From Piromyces finnis finn (taxonomy: Eukaryota > Fungi > Neocallimastigomycota): 64,000 nucleotides of DNA. The notes beneath the pieces are model-generated. The model saw only the letters and a list, made by a program, of their open reading frames with translations, did no database searches and had not been told where the DNA came from. Below, piece after piece: positions 26,852-39,412 of this stretch; the stretch's first letter is position 1; every line of letters begins with the position of its first letter. The translations under genes and the position numbers were made by a program. Location: contig MCFH01000046.1 of the NCBI GenBank assembly GCA_002104945.1, forward strand, positions 372,001 through 436,000, given 5' to 3'.

Positions 26852-29256
26852 ATTTTAAAAAAAAATAAAAATTAAAAACATAATAAAATGTAAAAAAAAT
26901 GTAATTTATTAATGTTAAATATAAATAAAAGAAAGAGAAAAAATTGTAAAATCATGAGAAATTAAAGCATATTGTAAACAAACATTTATATAAAATATTT
27001 ATAATAAACTGTTTTTATACTTTTTTATAATTATTGAATCTTTCTGAAAGATAATTTTTAGTAATAACAAAATTACTTATAAATTCTTTATCAGTAACAA
27101 ATTATAACAAATAGCTTCAATATTTATTGTTTATTAATTAATTAAAATAATAAAAATAGCATAGTATGATTTATTATTTATTATACATTGATTTACTATA
27201 TAAATAATTTTATTATAAAAAAAAAACAATAAATCATGAACTATTAAAAATAATTAAATTTATTTTTATCCGAAAAAGTATTAAAATAAATGAATGTTCA
27301 CTCTTTTTTTTAATATTAAAAATATATATAAAAATTAAATTTTATATTAAAAAATAATTTAATGTAATGTAGTTTCATAAAAATCCACAAAATTTTAAAA
27401 GTGATTTAAAAAGGAAAGTTTATTTTATAATAAACTTTAATTATTATAAAATATTAATGTTTAAGTTTTTTTTTTTGTTTCACCATACTATTAGTAATAC
27501 TGATTAGTAATTCTTTTATTTTCAATTTTATTAGTAATATTTAATATATATAACATCTTTCAACTAAAAAAAATTATAAAATTATGTTATAATAGTATAT
27601 TCATTATTTTATAAAGTTATGAATATTAGATAGAATAGTATAATTAATAATTAGAAATGACATTTTTTTTTAAATAAGATAGTATAATTAATAAGTTTAA
27701 AATTTTTTCTTTTTATAATAAGAATATAGGAATATATATATTTTTGAAATAATAAACACTATTTTTTCCTGTTTTTTTTTTTTATGTATGAAGGTTAATT
27801 AAATGTTTTTTTAAATTCCAACCTATTATTATAGCATTAACCTATCAAATTGTATTATGCTATTATTTAATAAATAGTATAAAGAAAATTTTAATTTTTA
27901 GCTTGGTTCTTTTATTATTTTAATTATTTAATCTTTATTGTGAAAACGAGAGTTTTGCTTTTTTTTTTTGTTAGAATATGTGAAACGTTATGTCACATGT
28001 ATTCAAATGTATTGAAATGTATTAAAACGTATTTATATATATATTGTATTTGATTATATATTTAAGCCACAATGTAAATGTATAAATACATGTAGTTTGA
28101 GAAGAATGTAACGTAAGTAGTTCTTTATCATAAAATATATTAATAAAGTTGACATAATTATAAATCTAAATTAAACAACTCTTAATATTTTTTATTGCGT
28201 AAAATAACAAAACTCAATAAATATAATATTAATTTATTTTTAATTATATTAAAAATTTTGGGATTTATATTAATTTTTTTTAAAAAAATAAACCAATAAA
28301 ATTGATGAGTAAATAAATATTAATAAGGATAAACTTTAAAATTAAATTACACAAAAAAAAATTTTAGAAATATCTTAACAATGAATAAAAAAAATAAATA
28401 ATAAAATTAATCACCGCAATACATAATAATATATTGTAATATATTGTATTATTACAATAATTAACAATATACATTTTAATCTATCGTTGGTGAATAATAT
28501 ATTGCATTAATTAAGATAATATAATGATATATAATGATATAATGGTAGAATCAATAAAATAAGCTTAATCCTAATAAACTTTTATCACAAAAATTATGCT
28601 AATATTTTAATTTCGCTTGTGATATTGTATGAATGCAAGGGTATATATTGAATGAAACTATAATTATATTTAAATCCTCATCCTTTTTTTTTATATAAGA
28701 ATTAAATGAAACTGATACTCATAATTATTTGTTAATATTTTTTTTCAGTATTATAAATTTAAAACTATTAGTCTAAGTAGTTATAAAAATATATTGCATT
28801 ATTTCATATAATATTTAATATTTAACAATTAACAATTATTAGATATAGAAAAAAACATAATACCTCTTTGTTTCTAAATTGTAAAACAACCTAATTAAAT
28901 ATATTTTTTTTAAATTTTAATATTCATAGTTTTTAAAATATATTAATATTAATTTGTTTCGTCCTATATTAAATTGTGTAACTTTAAATAGTTTTTTTTA
29001 ATTAATTTACGAGAATCAATAAAATTTTATATTATATTTTTAAATAAAGAGTGTCTCATAAAATAGAATAAAAAAGTCTAATGATATATAAATTTACATA
29101 ATAATAAAAGTTTCAATTATATATAAAAATACTAATATTTTCTCAATTTTTTTTTTTTTTAAAATTTTAACATTTTAATTTTTATTATTTTTTTTTTTTG
29201 AATAAAAATATTAAAAAAAAAAGTGCTTAAAATATTTACAAAATAAATATATCATC

Positions 29257-29928
29257 ATGCGTTTCTTATTTAGTATTCAATTATTAATTACATTATTTGG
29301 TTTTATCCAAGTCCATAGTTTAGGATATCATTGTAAAAAATATATTGTAATAAAACATGGTGATAGATGTAAACACATGACTTCTGGATTTTCATTTGAT
29401 AAAGATTACTATATTACTAGAGATTCTTTATTAAGAATAAATCCAAGTAAGTTTTTTTTTTTTTTTTTTAATTTTATAAAGGAAAAAAGTAGTTAGTTTT
29501 AAGAAAGATAAAATAAGTAATAATGAATCCTATAATTATTATATTTATTATAGGTATGGATTGTGATAATTTAAGAAGTGGTAATAGAGTATGCGTTGAG
29601 GCTTCAGAAGATTATGATGAAATTGATAATGATTTTGAGGAAACAACAGTAATTGAAAATTCTTGTGCTAAACTTGCTAAAAGATTAAACACTACAATTT
29701 CTATAATTGAAAATACCAATAATGGTATGTATAGTATTGTATAAATTATTTATTTTCCAATTGAAGAATGAATATTAAATTCATTGTTTGTATATAATAT
29801 TTATAAATATAGTAAAAATAAATTGTAAAAAATTAAGCGAATACTCTAATATGTTAGTTTATTATCGTAAAGATGGAAATTACGACGTAATTTATGATAA
29901 AAAGTCTAAAAAGGTCAACATTTTATAA
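29257..29928 (+). CDS. Secreted LysM-domain protein, paralogue of 26038-26851
   Basis: Exons 29257-29446, 29554-29724 and 29813-29928. Signal peptide, CKKYIVIKHGDRCKH...SLLRINPSMDCDNLRSGNRVCV, and a second unit ENSCAKLAKRLNTTISIIENTN. Both introns sit at the same positions and phase as in the upstream paralogue. Confidence 0.8.
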
Positions 29929-31337
29929 GAAACAGGAAATATTAATTAAAAAGAATTGGAATCACAATTTAACATAGGAATATATTTTTATTTTTTTTAT
30001 TTTATAATTTTGCTTTATCATAATATTATATCATTTTAATTGTAATTGTAGATATATATCATTAGTTAAAATTTTCTACTTATAATTAAAAAAATATTAT
30101 TGATGGCATAGCAAATTGTTATAAGTGAAAACCACTATATAGAAAAAATATATATAATATATACAGATAAAAAATATTATTAGTGGTATAACAAATTGTT
30201 ATAAATAAGCAAATTTTACATTATGGAAAAAAAATTAAGATAATTATATTATTTTCAATGTATATATAGCTATTTCAATCATTTTTTCATAACATTTTTT
30301 ATTCCATTTCTCATTCTTTCCATATAAACCTAACATTTTAGATTTAAGTTTTTTTAGTTTTTTTTTTTTCCTTTCTATTTTTATTAATTTAAGAAAATGT
30401 TATGGGTAACTAAATTAAAAAATAAAATATAAAAACTTTTAAAAGCTATAAGTTTTTGTTGATATAATGAGATTAAATTCTTTTTTAATTTTATTTGATA
30501 TCTATTATTTAAGATCTTTATAATAATTTTCATATTTATAAAATAGTAAGTAATAATATTATTTTTTAAAAAAGAGAATATTTTAATAAAAATTCTATCT
30601 ACAAATAAAAAGATTTTATAGTATATAAAAATATAAAAAACAATGTAAAGTATAATTTCTAGCATTGAAATAATGTAAATAAAAAAAAAAAAGTAGGATA
30701 TCATTCTATATAATAGAAATAAGGTATAATTTTTCTTAAAAAATATTAAATATTATGAATACTCAACAACTACCTTTTGTTCATTTAATATTATACAAAA
30801 TGATTTATTTTAATTTTTAAAAATTACCTATTTTTAATATTTATTAAAATTACAAAAATTACCTTGGTAATACAAAAATACAATGTACCTCAATACGAAA
30901 TACTATAAATTGTATTTATACCAATAAATAGTAATATTTATATTTATAAAATATAAAAAAAAATATTTTAAATAATTTTAATCAATATTTTATTCATTAT
31001 CTAATCTTTTTATTTTAATATTTTATAATCATACATTTTAATTGGAGGAGTATTAAATCTTTTAGTATTAAAAAAGGAAAAAAAATTTTACTTTAAAAAT
31101 GGTTCAAGTAAAGCCCTAAAATTTATTAATTAAAAAAAGTGTTATATAATGTACATTAATGTATTACAATAGTTAATAAATTCTGTAATTAATAAACTTG
31201 GCATAAATAATAAAAAAAAGGAATTTAAAATTATTAATTTATCATATATATTAATAATTTCATATTAAATTTACTAGCTATATTTTGGGGTAGACTAATT
31301 TCAATTTAATATGAAAAAGTGAACCACACTAAATGTC

Positions 31338-31569
<232 letters not shown>

Positions 31570-32424
31570 TTTTCTATTATATGTGAAAAATTGATTATAA
31601 TTCTTAATTATACTATATTATATAATAACACTTGTTTTTATTATTGATAAATAAATATAAATAAATACATATTCTCTATTTCTATATTGTATTATGTTTA
31701 AAAATTACCCATATTATTAAAGTCTTTTTTATATTTCAATAATAAAAATAAAATTAAAATTTTATTGAAAAAAAAAAATAATTTGATATTTTTATTAAAT
31801 ACAATATATTCTAATTAATTATGTAATATATTATATTAATTAAAAATATATTGTTTTATATATTGCATAGAGTAATATTTTATAAATCAAAAAAAAAGAG
31901 TAAAATCTTTTTTTTAATTAGAAATATTACCAGAAATATATATTTTTAAATAATAAATCAAAAGTTTGAAAGAGTTAAAAAAGAAAATACTTTCATTAAA
32001 CTTTAAAAAAGTAGGAAAAAGAAAGAAAAAACATATTACGATTTAGAAATATTTAAAAATAAATGAGAAATAAATCTTATTAATAATTATTAATACTATA
32101 ATTTTCTTTATATATAAAAAATTAATATCTTAAGGGTTCAATTTGTACAATTTGAACTGGTATAATCATTAAATTTTCATTTTAAATAATAATAATATTA
32201 TTATTACTTTTTTTCTTTTTTTTTTTTTCAAAAAAAAAAAAAAAAAAAACAACTTTATTACGTTATATAAATTTATAATATATTTTAATTATAATTATCG
32301 AATAAATAGATATACATAACTTCATATTTCACACATATAATATAGAAAAATATTTAAATAAGTAATATTTAAATTTCCATAATATACTATATAATTTAAA
32401 TATATATATATATAGAAAATAAAT

Positions 32425-34819
32425 ATGTTAAATTCACACCGTCAATGCTCAAATCAAAAACTTAGTAATATTTTAATTTCAAATTTAATAAAAAATAACG
32501 TAGCTAATCCGCAAAAAATGGAAAATTATCTTGATTTTAGTCAATCTCAAAGTAATTTCATGTCAACTATAAATAAACAAGATACACTTAAATTACAACC
32601 TATAAACATATCTTCTTCCTCAAATACGCAAGAAAGTTTCGTTCCAAACAACTTAATTTATGAAAATCATATTCAAAATGGTTTAGGTCAAGAAACTACT
32701 TTGAATAATCTCATTCAAAAAAATCTTTATTCAGAAAGAGTATATGCTAAACAAGAAACCAATAAAAAATCTATTGAAAATGAAATTAAAAATGATGCTG
32801 AAATGAAAAAAGATAAAGAAAAACAAAATAAACCATCAAAAAATTTAAAAACTATCATTCCACTCTTTAAACCAATATTTAATGAATCTGCTGTATTTAG
32901 TGTTGATGCTTCAAAAATAGAAATTATTAATAAACCAACTGATTATTATAATAAAATAAAGGTATTTTTTTTTATAAAAAAAAAAAAATTAAAGAATTCA
33001 AAAATAGCATAATAATTATTAATGAAAAAAAAAGATATTTAATTGTTAAATGTAGATTATTGTCATTTTATAATACTAACATTATATTATTTTTATTAAT
33101 AAATGATATAAATTAAGGAACAAATATTACAAGCCAAACATAGAGTTGTATTAACAGCATTATATATTGGTATTGACCAAGTTGATTTGGTAAGTACTAA
33201 ACACTAAATATATATATTTTATCATTATCCTATAAATATATTGTGTACTTGTATTATTTACATATATTATTCATTCTAATTTCTAAATTTAAAAATTAAC
33301 AATAACTGTCTATCTTAATTTCTAAATCAAAAAATTAATAATAACATAACGATAATTAAAGATTCAAACTTTACATAAAGCTTTAGCTGAATGTAAAACT
33401 TTAAGAGTTACTATTCTTTTTGATTGCTTAAGAGGTACTCGTACTTCAAATTCTGGTGAATCTTCAGTAACATTGGTTGCCCCATTAGTTACTGCTTACC
33501 CAGATAGAGTTGAAATAGCATTATATCATACACCAGAACTTACAAGACCATTAAAAATGTTGTTACCTCAAAGAGTTAATGAAATTATTGGTTTATTCCA
33601 TGCAAAAATTGTTATTTCTGATGATAACTTAATCCTTGCTGGGTAATAATTTAATATATTTTAATAATACATTTTTCAAAAAATATATGCTTTTTTTCCA
33701 TTTATTATTAAATTAGTAATAAATGATATTAATAATATATATTTTAAAATACACTATTTTTAATAAATATTAAAGTGCTAACCTAAGTACTGAATACTTT
33801 GAACAACGTCAAGATCGTTATGTATTTTTTGGAAATGCAACATCGTTATCAGATTATTTCTATGATTTAGCTATTACTTTAACAAAAATTTCATACCAAT
33901 TAGCACCACAACATACTTTAATTCCATCTGGTCCTGATCCCACCACCAATCCAGTCCAATTCCGTCAAACAGCTTTCCATGCTTTAGATTCATTTTTATC
34001 TAATTGGTATGCCAGAACTCAAGCTTTACGTGATCAATTAAACGAATTTGCTGATATGAATTTAAAAGAGCAATCAAAGTCAGATGATACTGAATCTACA
34101 TTAACTAATCAAAGTGATGTTGAATATGACAATGATTGTGATATGTATTCTGCAGTAAGTGATATGAGTGAAGAAACCACTACTATTGAAACTAAAGAAC
34201 CTGAGAATACTAATAAATTACCAAAACTATCTAAAGATACAGATACAATTGTTATTCCAATGCTTCAAATGAAGCAACTTAATATTCGAGAAAACGAACG
34301 TTTAATGGAAGTTATTATGAATATAATAGATAGTAATTCAGATTATTGGAAAAATCTATTTATAACATCAGGTTATTTGAACTTTACTAATGAATTCAAA
34401 AAAGTACTAAATGAAATTAATACAGAAGTTGATATTGTATGTGCAGCACCACAAGCTAATAGTTTCTATAAAGGATCAGGTTTATCAGCAAATATCCCAG
34501 CTTTTTATACTTATTTTGAAAAACAAGTTCATGATGGCTCTGCTAAAAAAGATTTAGAATTAAGAATTCACGAATATGTCAGACCAGGATGGACATATCA
34601 TGCAAAAGGTTTATGGGCTAGTTATAAAGATCCAGAAACTGGTGAATTATTACCAAATGTTACAATTTTAGGATCTACTAATTTTGGTCGTCGTTCAATG
34701 AATCGTGATGTGGAAGCTCAGGTTTTAATGATTACCGATAACAAAAAATTACAAAAAGATATGGCAAATGTAAGTTTTAAATTATAATTATTTTTAATTT
34801 TGAGATTAAAGAGTATAAC

Positions 34820-34851
<32 letters not shown>

Positions 34852-34988
34852 TATTTTATGTTTTATAGGAAATTAAAAACTTATTAAATTACACAGTTCT
34901 TGTAGATAATGAAACATTTAATAAGGAAGAAAGATATGTACCATTAAAAGTGAAATTAAGTACTTATCTTTTCCAAAACATGTTTTAG
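32425..34988 (+). CDS. PGS1: CDP-DAG:glycerol-3-phosphate phosphatidyltransferase (phosphatidylglycerophosphate synthase, PLD superfamily)
   Basis: Five exons give RVVLTALYIG, ILFDCLRGTR, LLPQRVNEIIGLFHAKIVISDDNLILAGANLSTEYFEQRQDRY (first HKD) and GWTYHAKGLW...TILGSTNFGRRSMNRDVEAQ (second motif). Ends YLFQNMF*. Confidence 0.93.
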
Positions 34989-36232
34989 ATAAAATTTAAA
35001 GGAAAAAATATACATACTTTTAAAAAAAAAAAAACTAACGAATAAGAATACTATTTTTATTTTATTTTTAATTTTTTTTTTATATATATTATTATCATTA
35101 TTATTAACAAACTACAACTAATACAAAGAAAAGAAAAAAAAGTAAAATGAAAAAGAAAGAAATTGAATATATTCAGAAACATTTATTCATTAAACACAAA
35201 AATAATGAAAAAAAAAAAAGTAACCATAAATAATTAATTTTTTTAAAAAGTTTGATTTGTCTTAAAAAATTATAAAGGCAAAAAAAAAAAAAAAAATTTT
35301 TTTATCATTAGAAAATAAAAGAGTATATATAGTTATATTTATTAATATAAAAAAAAGAAAACTTTTCATTTTTCTTTAATTTTATTTATTTATATTATTA
35401 TTAAAAATTAGTTTGTATTAAACAAAAATATTAAAAGCGTTTTCATTAATTATATTATTCTAATAAAAAAAAAAAAAAAAAAAAAAAAAAAACAATAAAA
35501 AAAGATAAAGATAAAAAATTATATTATTTTTATATCGATTTTTATGATATTATCTATACCACAAACACTATAGATATAAAAATAGTTGTGTAATAAGTTT
35601 ATTATTTTAATTTATATACTTTTCATATAATTAAGGAATAAAAATACTGTATAATTATAGAATTAATGAATAGTAAATAAAATATAAGATTATTTTATTA
35701 TATTTTAATAAAATATTTATAGATATCATAGTATATAAATTTTAATCATAAGCTTTCATTAAACAATAAAATTTGGCAATGAAAAATGCTTTTTTTTTTA
35801 TATATATATATTTTATTTATTTTATTTTATTTTTTTATTTTTTTTTTTTTTTTTTAATTTTAATTTTATTTTAATATTAATTAATATATTTCTATAAGAG
35901 GTTAATGATGATATTTTTGATATTTATAAATTATATATTTCATTATTTTTTTTTTAAATAATATTACTATTTGATTCTTTTTATATATTATAGATTAATT
36001 TTTCATTATTAAAAATATTCTATTCTATTTTAACAGTAGAGTTTTAGATATTCCTAATAATATGCAGTGTATTTAATTATATATCTATATATTCTTATTT
36101 CATTTAGTTTTACTATCAAAATAAATAACGAAATAAAATAATAAGAATTTTTATTTTATTATTATTATTATTATTTTTTTTTTTTTTTTTTTTTTTTTTT
36201 GAAATTAAAGGATTATTATTTATTTCTTTGTT

Positions 36233-39200
36233 TTATTTTAAACCATCTTCATCAGCCATAGACCACCACTTAAGCCATTGTTTAGATTTCATTTGATCAG
36301 ATGGACCAGTGAAACCATAACAGAATGGAACAAAGTAGAAGAAGAAAAGAATATTGGCAGTTAAATAAATTAAAACAATAATATTACTGACAATGTTTGA
36401 GAATTTGAAATAACTACCGAGATGTTCTAATGTAAAAGCAATAATAAAGATACCAAAGTAAACAGCTGGGAAGTAATGATGTAAATAAAGTACACGACCC
36501 ATTAGGAACGATGGGAAATAATGTAAAGCCCATCCACCAATAGTAATAAGAGCAACATAACAATAGTTATTCCATTCTTCTTCCTTCCATCCTAAAACAT
36601 GACATTTACGTAATAAAATATAGAGTCCTGAAAGAAGTCCAACGAAAATAATACAAGCGAAAATAGTCCACCAGGTTAATGGATTTCCCATTAAATAGAA
36701 TTTAACATCTTCATCTCCCCATCCACAAATACGAATACCAACTAAAGCAAGAGGCCATTGCCAAGCTTCAGAGGTAATATGATCTGGTTCTTTATCTTCA
36801 TCGAGAGTTAATGAATTGTTAGTAGACCACATTGATACATTAAGATCAATGAAATTGTTGAGGAAAGAAGCTCTGAAAGTTTTAACTGGAGCTGGTGGTA
36901 ATAAATTATTCCAGTGGCTTTCGACATTCCAAATGTTCTTTGAAGCTTTGTTATTACCATGTACATCACAAACAACTTCGGCTTGCTTAAATCCCCATTC
37001 TGGGTAAGAATTACCAGAAGATTGAAGTAAACAACCAGTTTGAACATGTCTAAGACGGAAAGAAGTGAATAATGAGTGAATTTGCTTACTTTTGGAATCA
37101 TATTGATCCTTAACAATTTCAATCTTCCAAAGATCATTAGCATCACCAATAGTTGAATTACCATAACCTGAAACTTCATAATATTTCTTTGATACTGGAG
37201 CCTTTATGTTGTGAGTGTGAAGGTTTCTCTTAGTTTCAGCGTGAACTACAGTAATATATTAAATATATTATTAATATAGATATAAAGAAATATTAATATT
37301 TTTAAATACTATTTTTTACCTAATCTAATAATATCACCATCCTTAACATATTCAACAACATTTTCTGGAACTTGGTTTTCAGTCCATGGTTTTTTAATGT
37401 ACCATTCATTATTGGCATCCTTGTAGTGATATAAAGTAACTTGTTGTTGTTCAGAACCAGATGGATAACGTTGAACATGTGAATGTAATAAACCACCACC
37501 ATATGAAGTATTTTTAATAGTAACCTTGGAATTATAAGCAATAGCTATTATAATGATTATTATATTATAATATTTAATTATTAATAAGCATTAAATGAAT
37601 AGTTTTTTAAAAAATATATATTTTTATATATACTTACTAAGTGGATTTTTGGAGAAATCAATTCCTTCAAGACCAGCTTGGAATAAGGAACTCATTGAAG
37701 AATCACCAGGACCAGATTTGCTTAAAACAGTAAAGTGGATGTAGAAATTGAAAGCGTAAATGGATATTGGTAAAATGATCAATAAGATAATTCTAGCAAT
37801 CCAATGAAGTAAGTAGGATTTCTTTAAAAAATATTTCAAAAAAAAATTTAAATAATTATTAAAACTTCATTTATATAAATATATTATTAAATAGATTATT
37901 TTTAGAATTTAATACTTACGAAGGAAACATCCTTTCTACCTAAGTAGTCCCATAATTCCCATAAAGTATACTATTTTCATTTAATATTTTATTATTTATA
38001 AGTTTTAAATGTTAATGGTGAATAATTATATAGCTTATTATATATTAATAATACTTACTAATCCAACAAGAGCAATTGAAAACAAACCAACTAATTTAAC
38101 ACTATTATATGGAGTTTAATTATTATATATTATTATATTAGTTATATTATTTATTAAATAGATTATACTTTATTACATATAATATTATAAATATTAGTAA
38201 TTACCTAGTAACTAAACCAAGAGATGCACCAGTTGCTGCTAAAGATAACCACCAATTTAATGAGAATGGTCTATTATTATTTTTACATTCATTTATTAGA
38301 GAATATAAGTATAAAAATTTTTATGTTACTACATTTTTGTTATTATTATTAATTATTCATAAGTAATATTTACTCTTTTCTAGCATTCTTGAATCTAGTT
38401 AAACTATAGAAAGTTAAAGCGATGAAAAAGAGAAGAATTGGATCTAATAAGACGAACTTGGAAATGGTAAGGAAAGCATTTTCTAGATTATTTAATAAAC
38501 ATAATAGATTAATATTATCCCACTATATATTAAATTTATTTAAATTGGATTTTTTCAATAACCCAAATCATTATAAAAGTAATAAATTTTTACCACAAAC
38601 AACCATAAGTGCTACGGCTATACAAGTAATTTGATTAAAACGTAATTCTCTAGCAGTTAAGTATGCTAATGGAACCATCAATGCACCGAAAGTAGCACAG
38701 AAAACTCTCATGAATACATAGTTAAGATTATCTGGGAAAACTTTACCTGAATCCCAGTCAAATTGACCATCATATCCACAGAGCCAACCTGCTAAACCAA
38801 TTAACATTTTACCAAGAGGTGGGTGGACATCAAAGTAAAAAGTACGTTTAATATATTCAGAACCGAATGAACTGTATTTATTTTATAAATAATATTATTA
38901 GTTGTTAATTTTCTAACTTTAATATTATATATTTTTTTTTTATTTTATTTTTTTTTAAAAAAAATTACCCAAAATGAGCTTCATCCCAGCTTTTTATTAT
39001 TGTTTTAAATAATTTTAAAATATTAATGAGTATTTTAATAATTAATAATTAAAATTATTATTATTTAATTATGTATTCTAAATATATAGTACTTACATAA
39101 CTACATTTGCTTTTGAAATTTTGTAGTATCTAGAAAATAAACTTATAACGGTTAAAACGGCAACAATTACAATTTGTTTTACAATTTCTGCTTTAGCCTT

Positions 39201-39412
39201 TTGTAATGAGATATTAATAAATAATATAAATAACATTAAATATTTAATATTCTTCTTTTTTATTTTTTCTTTACCTTTGTTGATGCAGCCTTAGCTTCCT
39301 TGATATTTTTATCATCATCATCTGGCATTAAAGGTTGAAGTTCTTCAATAACTTCCTCCTTTTGTGGAATATTTATTCTTTTTCTAAGTTCTCGATCTTC
39401 CATTATTTCCAT
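36233..39412 (-). CDS. PMT2: Dolichyl-phosphate-mannose protein O-mannosyltransferase, PMT2 subfamily
   Basis: WDEAHFG and [19 protein letters not shown] in the N-terminal loop, [31 protein letters not shown] region [24 protein letters not shown], and C-terminal [10 protein letters not shown] and [15 protein letters not shown]. About 11 exons. Confidence 0.94.

Noticed and set aside
30384-30704. 106-aa hydrophobic ORF (also 16163-16357, 43499-43681, 60826-61062 and similar)
   Set aside because: F/I/L/Y/N/K-only composition typical of random AT-rich open frames; no motif or splice support.
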